64,000 nt of DNA from Stylophora pistillata (taxonomy: Eukaryota), in NCBI RefSeq assembly GCF_002571385.2, contig NW_019217808.1, positions 809,151 to 873,150 on the forward strand, given 5' to 3'. The position numbers and the translations under genes were made by a program. The notes under the pieces were generated by a model. It did no database searches and had not been told where the DNA came from. It saw nothing but the letters and a program-made list of their open reading frames with translations. Positions 53,623 to 64,000 of the stretch are shown here, piece by piece (positions within the stretch are counted from its first letter, which is position 1; each line of letters starts with the position of its first letter).

Positions 53623-56600
53623 CTTAATTCGAAATCGAATTATTGGTAAGAATTCTCTGAAGTTATTTGTATGGTTTCTTATTGATTTTGATCATAAATT
53701 TATATTTAAATTCTTCTTTTTCGTCTGATTTTGTTTCCAGTGTTGGCAAGACCATCAACGATGTCTGTAAATTGCATTCGATATTGGAGTACTTTACTAA
53801 CGCTTCATGCTGGACAAAAAATGAGATTGAGGTACGTTAAATACGTGATGAATTACCACTTTAACTTTCAGGAACTCTTTCGCAGTTCTCCCTTCCAGCT
53901 GCCTTACATGTGCTTGTTAATTCTATAGGTGAGTTTGGTACCACATCGGTCCCTCTAGCTGTTGTTTTAAACTAACTGCAACCAACAGTTGATTTGCTGA
54001 ATAATGAATTAAGGATGTTAGCTGTACATGTACGGAAACATTGGGCGTTAATTACTTCTCATAGTTTAAGGGGAACAATTTGCAGCAAATTTTAATCCCT
54101 ACCACTCCTTTTTATTTGAGCAGCCGAGGCCAGGCACGCGATGGAATAGCTTATGGACCTCTCACTGACCTACCAGACTGGAGTTTTGCAGGTAGACTTT
54201 CGACCTCTATACACAGTTAGATGAAATCTAATAATTTAGATATATCAACAAAGTTGAAATGGTAAATTGGCCACCGTAACGATTACAAAAGCTGACGTTT
54301 CGAGCGTTAGCCCTTCGTCGCAGCGAATAGAGGAATTGTGGGTTGTGCGTGCTTTTAAAGGTGGTAAATGGAGCTACGTTACTGGTGGGAACATGACAAC
54401 GAGAAAAACAAGAATTCTTGCCAATTTACCTTGCCTTTATTTCGATGAAATCTACTTGCGCTCTTTGACGAATGATGCAATATTATTGGCTGTGCAAGTT
54501 GCTATCTATTTGACAAATTGATTTCATGTTGCCCTGCATCTATAATGGCTCAAGATTTCACTAAAATGTGGTTAGAACAAAAAAGTGGCACATGAGATGC
54601 GGCCTAGTACTGTACAAACCCATGAATATATGGAATCTATTTGTTAACATGATGAAAAAGAAAATTTTGGAAAGAGTACCATATAACCCCATACATTAAT
54701 TATGCATTCCACTTCTTTGTCTTTCAAGACAAAACTTTAAAAACAAAGTCTACTAGTCTGAATGCATAATTAATGTATGGAGTTATATGGTACTCTTGCC
54801 GAAAATTTTTGTCAATGGTGATGCTATGTATCTGCCCTCTAGCACCTGATAAATAAGTACTAATCAAACTGAGGTTATCCTGCAATTCATCTTATTATGT
54901 AATCCACCATAGATGGTGAGTAATGTGAGTTGGCTGACAGTTTGGTTGTAAACATAATAATATACATGAAAAAAATAACATGCTTCTTATGGGCTGTAAA
55001 TGAGTGTATTTTTCTTGTGACACAATTACAAAATTGTATGGCAAGTACAAATTATAAATAGCATGGATGCTTTTATAATTTTGCCTGTCTTTACTTTTAT
55101 GATGGATTTTACATATAAATTATTAATAAGTAATACCATGATTTCTTATGCAATTTGGTGTCAATAAGCACTTGTAAATCTTTCAAAGATTGCAAACTGC
55201 ACTTGCCTCATGGGCTTGTGGAGTTTTGTTGTATTTGAAAAATTTGCTTGTGCCTGTTAACAATAAATTGCATTTGGAATCATGCTATCACCTATACAAA
55301 TAACATAAAAAAAGCTTAAATCAATAATTGCCACCTCTTCCTTTGTGTTGCTTTTCCATCATTGGCTAATGCACAGCATGGGCATCAAAACTGTCTCAAC
55401 ACCACAGGATAGGTGTCATTGCCACAGATAGTGAAAATGAATTAGTCTTATGTTCTGATTGGTTTCACGAGAAAAGTAGCAAGACGAATATCGCAGTTAT
55501 GACCATTTATATCTCACTATTTTGCATTTAATCATTGCAACCAGGTATCTATAGCTTACACAAGATGGCAACCAAGAAAGAAAGTAAACATAGGTTCCCT
55601 GATGAATCCTCCCAAAGATATTCATGGTTCGTAAAATCTTGAAAAGGTCTTGAATTTTAACGGTTGTCTTGAAAAGTCCTTGAATTTGGTTAAGTCCTTG
55701 AAAAGTACTTGATTTCTTTAGTAGGTCATGAAAAGTCCTTGAAATTTAGCGACTTCTGTGCGCCTTATCGCTTTTCTGATGAATTAAACGATTTTGCTAT
55801 GGAAAATTTGTCCACGTCTAGTAACTACCCAAAAGCGAAAATGGTCAGTATAAAACGTGAGTGGTACATGAAGCAAAGTTGAGTCTGTGCCTCAATTTCA
55901 TGCGCAAGGCCTCTAATGTGGGGTAGTCTGCCATGTGCTTTTGTTTTAAGGGGCAATGTAAACATGGGCTATGGTTTGGTCAATGAATTTTTCATTTCCC
56001 TTTGTTTTCAATTTAATTGAGCGATGGGCAAATGTGTATTCAATCATGAATGGTTTAGATTTATGAATAAAACTTAGTCCTTGAAAACCATTTTTTGTCC
56101 TTGAAAAGTCCTTGAATTTTGTTTGTCTGAAGTTGTACAGACCATGGATATTGCTGCTTTTTGCAAATTAATTTTTGCAGCTGCATTGTATCCTGCAACT
56201 GCAATAGCATTATCTTGGGGAGATTAACTCTTGTGATCTAAAACTTGGTAAACCTAAAACTACATACAGTGAGGAAAACTTTGCAGTGCAATTCACTATG
56301 GTCCACCACAAATTGATTGAACAAGAAGGTATTAGATGTCAACCTTAATCCTTTTTCATCCTTTGACAATAAAATTGTCTAAATAAAATTTCATTTGGCA
56401 GACTAGGCTGAAAATCTTTATTACCATTTTCTTTGTGAATGTGCCAAACCATTTGAGAAACATTATATCGGCTCAGATTTGGAGAAGTTTTTCTCTAAAA
56501 CGATCTTTCAAATGCAACCCTTAATTCCGTGAAATTCCGCAAATGTCTTGACACCTAGGGAAAATTTTTTCTTCAGATTACAGGTAGAATCATAAATCAT

Positions 56601-58470
56601 GTGAAAATTTGAAGTCACTGCAACAAATCTGTCACGAAATATTTTAATCTCAAAGTTGGCCAAAATTCCAAATTAGCCTCAGGTGCCACCTTAAGCTTTT
56701 TTAATCTAATTGTTATCTGACTGTATCTTGTCTATCAACACACACAATACTGTTAATTAACAATTATTCACCACAGGCTCAGTGAATGTTGTTGAATAAT
56801 CCCCAAGAAAAAATCATCTCGCACATGGTGATTATGGTGGGATATGACCCAATCCTTAACCAATCATTGCACCTGCATCTGTATAATCACAGGAGCAATT
56901 ATACTACCTGATTATGTTTAGATTGAGGGTTTACCATTGATTGATCATTTAGTTCCCATCTACAGAATTTTGATATTGTATATAAAGTTTATTCCCTATT
57001 TTTAGTGGCTTTCACTGTCAAATACATAACAGTGTTATATTTCAGGAACCACAGACGTCTGTGTAAAGTCGTTCTTTAAAATGATTGGGTTTTATCAACT
57101 AAGTTGAAATTGTAAATTGGCCACAATAAGGGGTTAAAAAGCTTTCAACCCTTTACAGTAGTCAATTTACAATTTTAACATAGTTGATAAACCAAATTAC
57201 CTTGTTACCCCCAGTGACGCAGCACTACAGTTTCTTTAGAAACTTACCCCCTTAAAAAGGATTGTTTTGCTTTCGAAATATCAGATGGGACACCTGCACC
57301 AGAAACAAAAAAGAGGCGAATAAGACGTTTGAAAAGAATGGATGTGGCTGTAAGTTGTGAACAATGCAATACAAGCGGTTGTTATTGAACACATAATCAA
57401 TTAGCCCTCTACTTGATTTGCCTTTTGCCATATATGGTGCTTTGATTTTTATGGAAACTGATGAGGTTTAAGTGGAATTTACGAGTGAGTATGTCCCTGA
57501 CCCTTTGACCTAGAAGAATGAGTGGCATCTAATTCCCCCTTAAGATATATCACCCTGAATAATGCATTCATTTCATGAGAATTTATAACATCGCTTTACA
57601 AAAGTGCACGCTCTGATTGGCTAATATGCTCGATCCATTTGCCCATGGGTTGCCCACTGATGTCAGTTTGTTTTGCTTTTTTTTTCAAGACAACTTTTTT
57701 CATTGATGTTGCCATTTCTTACAACATAATTCCTGTTTTTTTGTGGGTTTTTTGCTCGTGAAATATGGAAAAATTTTGTAATTTTTCTGGAGATAAGGAA
57801 GGAAATTCTTGTGAGCTTCCAAATTTCGAGCTCAGTTTTTTTGACAGGCCTGACCGGCTAAGAGTTTGAGATTTGTGAACTTGAGCAAGCAGGAGCTTAA
57901 TTAGCTGGTTGAACAATTAAATATTTATATGCGAAACATAAGATGATTGAAAGTCTCAATGTTATGAAAAGAAATGGTTAACTTGCAGCATGCAACCATC
58001 GAGTTATGGATGCACTTGGGAGGTTTGCTAAGCACTCAAGAAGCTAGAGTTGCACTCGGCTATCGCCTTGTGTGACTCTTACCGTAAATACGCTTCTTTC
58101 GTGCTTAGCAACCTCCTATGTGCATCCATAACTCAATGGTTGTACGCTGCATGCTAACCATTTCTTAAAGAGGAAATGATGACTAACTAAAGAAGTTCTT
58201 GATTGTTCAACAAATTCTCCTTGTCAGTGCCTTAACAAATGTATAGAGAACAGTATGGAGAATATGCATACTGATGTCAGGGTGTACAGGGGTAGACAGA
58301 AACTTCCCATTTAGGTGAGAATGATAGCAATTTTCTTGAAGAATAGTTTAATCAGGTTTGTTTTGCTCTAGCATCAAATCGTAACATATTTGAATGAGGT
58401 GGAGAAAGCGGGTGAAGCAAGGGATGAAGATGGAAATGTTTTGGATCCGACCAAACTGCCAAAGAAATAA
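53615..58470 (+). CDS. MRPL52: Mitochondrial ribosomal protein L52 (mL52), 5 exons, ~117 aa
   Basis: Exons 53615-53645, 53741-53831, 54124-54191, 57285-57349, 58372-58470 splice in frame: MAALIRNRIIVLARPSTMSVNCIRYWSTLLTLHAGQKMRLSRGQARDGIAYGPLTDLPDWSFADGTPAPETKKRRIRRLKRMDVAHQIVTYLNEVEKAGEARDEDGNVLDPTKLPKK*. It carries the mL52 signature YGPLTxLPDWSxADGxPAP and an Arg-rich, acid-free mitochondrial presequence. Confidence 0.93.
54237..54415 (-). mobile_element. Second copy of the Penelope-derived hammerhead repeat (MRPL52 intron 3)
   Basis: Aligns over ~175 bp with 30690-30870. A deleted, fold-back relative lies at ~57090-57253. Confidence 0.75.
54661..54810. repeat. Inverted repeat / small MITE
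   Basis: AAGAGTACCATATAACCCCATACATTAATTATGCATTC ... GAATGCATAATTAATGTATGGAGTTATATGGTACTCTT. Confidence 0.8.
55623..56146. mobile_element. Non-autonomous DNA transposon with 6-bp TSD
   Basis: GATATT|CATGGTTCGTA...TACAGACCATG|GATATT, with subterminal CTTGAAAAGTCCTTGAA arrays at both ends. Confidence 0.75.
57969..58167. mobile_element. Palindromic MITE
   Basis: AAGAAATGGTTAACTTGCAGC...GAGTTATGGATGCAC / GTGCATCCATAACTC...GCTGCATGCTAACCATTTCTT. Confidence 0.85.
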
Positions 58471-59121
58471 CAAGAGATGTGTTGAGGAGAGAATTCTCAA
58501 TTCTGTGACACAGACATAACCATGCAGCAGCTGCAGTCCCAAAGAAAGAGCAGCCATTTAGGAAAAACAGCTCGTCCTTCTGTAGTAAAAGTATTCCTTT
58601 TTTTTTTTAATGCAGAGCATATGCTTTCACTCCCAGGATCTCATTAGCAATTCTCCTTACTGTCTGCCATACAATTCTTATGATGTTAGTTTGGAGAATT
58701 TGTTATTGGATCAACTAATAATCCCCTTATTGATATTTTTCTTTATTCTCATCACTTGTCTGCATATTGTAAGGAGAAATTCTGTGTTGATCACTCATGG
58801 GAGTTAAAGGTTTTTAAGGCTAGTTATACTTTAACTATTTTTCTTTACTACTTATGACTTTACAAGCAATATTTAAAGTTTTCATTACAATGTCTGAAGA
58901 ATTGACATTTGCTGGTATTGTGAATTCTTTGAGCAATGCATGTTCAAGTCAAGACAGTTGAGAGCTTTGTATTTTTCAAGATCTTTTGCGGAGTAAATTT
59001 ACTATAATCATGCTTTCAATGTGATTTTATTGCAAGCCAACATGTTGGCTCCCAGACATAGTCATCACATAATACTGTGACAAATGCTTTCCCATGATTG
59101 CAACACAACATGAGATAACAT

Positions 59122-59591
59122 CACAGGGAGCCCAGACAAGCGACGAGTCTGGTTGTTTATTCCAAATATAAAGGAATGTGTGGGAGAATATTGAAGAGTC
59201 TTATTATCGTAAACTTATATCATGAAGTATCTGAGTTAAAGCTCAAAGTAAATGTAAACCTACCTCACTTGCTGTGTATTGTCGTTTCTGTGGCTCTAAA
59301 TGGCGAAATTGAGCGATTTGGTTGGTTTTGCGTCGACTGTTACGATACTTTATAGGAAGGAGATATAGTAGCAGTCGACGCAAAACTCACCAAATCGCTC
59401 GAATTCGCCATTTAGAGCCACAGAAACGACAATACACAGCAAGTGAGGTAGGTTTACATTTATTTTGAGCTTTAACTCAGACATTTCATGATATATAAGT
59501 TTAAGATAATAAGACTCTTCAATATTCTCCCATACATTCCTTTATATTTCGACTAAACAACCAGACTCGTCGCTTGTCTGGTCTCCCTGTG
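59122..59591. mobile_element. 470-bp fold-back transposon
   Basis: ~225-bp near-perfect inverted arms with CACAGGGAG...CTCCCTGTG termini, flanked on both sides by ATAACAT. Confidence 0.92.
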
Positions 59592-59967
59592 ATAACATAA
59601 ATTGTGGAACCGATGTAAGTCAAAATTCAAGTTGGTAGTTTCCTTTAAGTTGTATTATTTTTGTCCATTTAAGAACAATTCAGGATACTGTGTACATGCA
59701 AAATTAAACGACACTTTAAGACTGAGATAACTGTTGCAGGTCAACCTTATAGAGCAGCGACTATCGTTTACAGACAGAATATTTAGAAACACTTATAAAT
59801 AATGCTGGTATCACACGGACAGACCAAGTAAGGTAACATCTGCGCCCGGTTCAAGTCCTCTAAGCTGGTGCGATATCCTATTCGAGGCGCTAAAAAGTGA
59901 AACTGTATATCGTGTTTAAAATTAAAGAAAACAAAGCTAAGCCCTGTTTGATGGCATATACCTGTTA

Positions 59968-60260
59968 AGAGGAGGTCTTCTGGATTTTCGGTTTTGACTG
60001 TATTTTAGATGGGTTTTTCGGTTTTTGGGCCAAGAAGGTTCGGTTTAACGGTTTTAATGTACAGAGCGGTTTGCGGATTTTACGTGTTTTTGCATTCGGT
60101 TTTTCCTTTTTGACCCCTTTAAAGGTGAAAATTTAGCGGTTTTGCCAGGTTTGCATGCGGTTTTCGGTTTTGCTGCCTTTTTTCGTCGGTTTTTCGGTTT
60201 TGGAGGGTTTTTTCTCCGGTTTTGCGGTTTCCCAGAGGCCCCAATTGCCCCCCCCCCCCT
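59968..60260. repeat. Repeat element with (TTTTCGGTTT)-like array
   Basis: More than ten CGGTTT units, ending in GGCCCCAATTGCCCCC. Confidence 0.7.
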
Positions 60261-63200
60261 ACTGTTAAGGCAAAAGTAGGGGGATCTAACACCCCCTCCC
60301 CCTCCCCCGCAGTATCCATCATTTCACTTCAAAAGGCACAACTGACATTAAGAGAGAACAGTATGACACGTTGCAAGGTTCCCGACAGAAAAAAATAAAT
60401 AAAAAAAAAAAACGCAAGTACGTTTTTTGTGCAATACGATTCTTCTTTTGACGATCACACGGTGCGATCTCCAATTAGTTGATGTGGATTAAAGCGACGT
60501 GACCTTCCCATTTCTTCTAGGGTCTCGGCTTAAACTTCGGGGAAGTCCGTAAACGATCCTAGTCACCTATTCATCTCGAGAATGCGACCACATGAACTCG
60601 TCAAATTCCTTAACCATTTTTACGTCTGTGTTGCAGCGTGAAGGGAATCTGGGATAAGAAGGAATGAACTGATGAGAATCAAAGGAAAATTTGGGTGTGT
60701 CCATAAAAACCAATCATGACAACGAGTAGGTTGAAATAATGGAAGGAACATTTTGACGCCTATGAATCGAAGAGATGGAAGGGGTTTTTAATCACTTTTG
60801 AGGGCTTTCGTCTTTCAATTTTTTTTTCAGCAAAGTTATTTGTTTAAATGGATTAATACGTTGGCAAGTTTATTTTTGGCCTTTCTTAATCCATCCTCTT
60901 GGAATGATGTTGATCTGATCCCAAATCTGCACTCTCGTGATTTGGCAATCTTTTTTGCTTCAAGGAATGCTGACTTCCTTTTTCTGGATTTTGTCGACTT
61001 CCTGTGGAGTAAAGCGGTGCTTAATAACTGAAAAGGAACAACATAGTTTATCTGCAGTATCGTGATCCGGCAACTTGGCTCTCAATCCCTTGCGGTGATA
61101 CTTTCCAGCTGACCGCAAATGAGACAACAAGCCGCTTTTTTTAGGCTTTACAGGTATTTCTCACGCCTATCGAATCAAATGTTATTAAAGGTAATTATGG
61201 TCGGGAAGTGTTTTCCTCTGAAACGACGTAAACACGTACTGAAAGGGAGCGGAATATTGGATATGTCAACATGCGTAAGCCTTGTCTTTTGTCAAACTGA
61301 GGTTGAATTGCGAAACTTTGGAGTTTCCTCCCTTAAGCTGTCAGTGTGTTAAGCTACAGTGCCATTTGGAAAATTAGCACATACAACCATAGCAGTCCAA
61401 TTATTTGCCTTGTGAAAAATTTTCTTTTTCGGTTTTTTTTTTCGTTTCACACACTCTCGGCTTAAGCGCTTGAGAACCAAACCGCCGAAGCGAAGTGACG
61501 CCCTCACGGAGGCTATCTTAACATAGGCTTTATCTCAATTTTAGCGCGCCAGTCAGGAATACTAATGCATCAATGGGAATCCAGTCTGTAAACTTACGAG
61601 AGGAAATTAAAGCAAATTCCACGAAAACAAAAGTTCAATTTATTTTCATGCTATCGTATATAAGTAAAAAAAGGGTGAGTCCTACCTATGCAAAGAACCA
61701 GCGAGAAAGTCGTTTTCTCGAGAATCTGTAGTCCGGTCGTCTCTATAAAGCCTAACTGACTAAAGCACACTGTAAGATGACTTGAACCGGTAGCCAAAAA
61801 AGGACACCCGGCCTCTAAGAATAGCTGCAGAGCTGCAAGCAGGTTTGGTGGAAAGGAAGATTCTCCACTGTCGAACTAATGTCTTGCATTTGGGTCCATA
61901 CTAGGTTGTTTTTGTCGTAATAATTTTTTACACCAAAGTTTTCTTGAGAAAGGGGGCTACAGAACCTTAATTACTTAGGAACTCCCCTTAGGAATACGGT
62001 GTCACGGGTAAAGGCGACTAACAAGGAAAAACTATCTATCCCTCACGAGGAATTCCAATTGGGAATTGGGATGCTCTACTGCATTACCACTGAGCCACAC
62101 AGGACCACTACTCGGACATCACTTAGTTCACGTAGATTTAATAGACTTGTTCGTATATTTCACTCTAAGAGTTTTCACTCTAAAAGTAGTTAAATTCCAC
62201 CGGAATGTTATGTAATTTTTTTGTTATCATTACTGAAGAGTGTACGTCACCGTTTTTCGCCACCGTTTGACCCCAATCACTCAGAATTGATAACTCTTTA
62301 ATTACCACTGAATCAGGATGTCGTAGCTTCGATCATCTTTATCTTTGATTTTATCGGACTGGTTTTCGTATTTGAAGAAATCCCTAGACTAAGAGGATTT
62401 CACCGTGTTCCGACGGTTCCAGATTTTACCGTCATACGAAATCATCAAAATCCTCATTTGTCCAGAGTAATAAGTCAGTGTTTACATTTCAATCAGTTTA
62501 ACGGTCGGCTTGGGGAAGCCTATTCCTTGACAAAATCTGTTTAGGCTAACACTTAACTAAAAGGAATCTCTTATTTCCTTGGGTCCTTCCGAAATACGAA
62601 AACCCACGCTTTGTTGCAGTGGTTACAAAAAGACATCAGAGAGCGCTTGGTCCTCTTACCACTAGCTTATTACTTGCGACTTTCTTGCACCCCCCTACTT
62701 ACGGGGAAACGAAGGGCGCATGTACGATTTGACGTTGAGTTTCTATGATCAGTCGACTAAATCGCCTGATAGCATTCCAAGACCTGACGTGCACGATATC
62801 AAATTTTCTACAATTTCCTTGGTATGCAGCCGAATCTTGAATATTAAAGATTTTGAGTTTCTCACAACGATATCATAATGTAGACATAAAAGTCAAATCT
62901 CAAAATTTTGACATTGTATCCTATTTACACGCAAAATCACTTGACATGAAATCTCAAACTTCTTAACTTCAATTCTTATCCACGGTAAGTCACACGCAGA
63001 GTCATTACGAAGAAGGAGCCGATAGTTCGATATTATTTAAGCTTGCAGCTCACTGGTTTACACAAAACTATAATTTCGTCACCCTGCATGCAGGTAGCAA
63101 ATGGGTAAAAACAGGTAGACCACAATAAATCTTGAAGATCTTGTTTAATCATAGCTGCTAGGTCATTAACTTGAGATATTGTAATATTCTGCACAACCAC

Positions 63201-64000
63201 TCCAAAAATCCACTTTGGAAAAAAAAGCAAAATCTCGATTACAGACCCCACACGAGAAGTGCGTGTTGTGTCGTCCTAAAATAGCATCGTGTCGACTGAT
63301 TTTAATTTGTCAGTCGGTGCGAACCTAACATGATTTGATGGCTGACGGCCAAAACCCAGCGCAATTCCCTTCATTAACTTGTCACCTGACTCCGTCCGTT
63401 GACAGCAAAAATTTCCTCGTTTGGCGGTTTTCGTGTACAGGTTATATGTAATCTAAGGTGATCTTGTTGCTACTTCTCTCAGGCGGAAGTTACTAGCACA
63501 TCCCCGTCCTTTGCTTCAGCACGTACAGGATCAGGACAACATCTTCATCTACTCTCTCTGAATAAAGCAAGATTTGTGTTGAAAGCAGCGGTGAGTCGCA
63601 GTTAAGTCCCATCCCAACTCATTAAATCACGTCTTTGAATGTCGTCTCAAGATAATTCGAGTTAAATGAAAATCGGAATAGCTTTCCCGTGACATTGACT
63701 CTTGGGAGAGATAAATCACTTGTTGGGGTTATTGAGGGTTTCCTTTACTCATTCCTTTCCAGTGCGACACGTGGACCTCCCACTCACATGACCCTACGTC
63801 GGTTTCATGCTGTATGTGTCTCTCATCTTAGTAGATTATCGTTTCTTTTTCAAAGCCGTGAGATCTGCCTATAGCGGTATTTGAGGTGCCGGTGGGAGCT
63901 TTGAACAACAATCATTTATGATCCCTACGAGTATCTTGGATTCTGTTCAGTTTTCCGGAAGTTTCACTTGAAGTTAAAGAGCGTCTTTGCGACGCACCCA

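Noticed and set aside
59740-59805. Alternative last exon for MRPL52
   Set aside because: The exon at 58372-58470 fits the mL52 helix (QIVTYLNEVEKA) and has a better acceptor.

Overview
Eukaryotic, AT-rich, intron-dense animal DNA. The repeat landscape suggests a stony coral (inference). Reading splice sites by hand gives three confident genes. (1) A complete 30-coding-exon peroxisomal Lon protease, LONP2 (minus, 53478->36790, ~843 aa, ending in SKL), with one U12-type minor-spliceosome intron. (2) A 5-exon MRPL52 (plus, 53615-58470), head-to-head with LONP2. (3) A cGAS-like receptor (Mab-21/cGLR nucleotidyltransferase; plus, 31757-35447, ~658 aa) with apparently intact catalytic motifs, a long unassigned helical C-terminal extension and an ISRE-like motif just upstream. 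An unidentified 8-exon gene invisible to the ORF track lies at 17608-21480, and a decayed multi-exon gene at ~1.8-2.7 kb. A divergent promoter at ~30.5 kb appears to drive two spliced transcripts carrying only tiny ORFs. The rest is MITEs, LINE/SINE remnants and Penelope-like fragments carrying five minimal hammerhead-ribozyme motifs, each with an altered catalytic core. Coordinates were counted by hand, and homology calls come from recognised motifs, not database searches.
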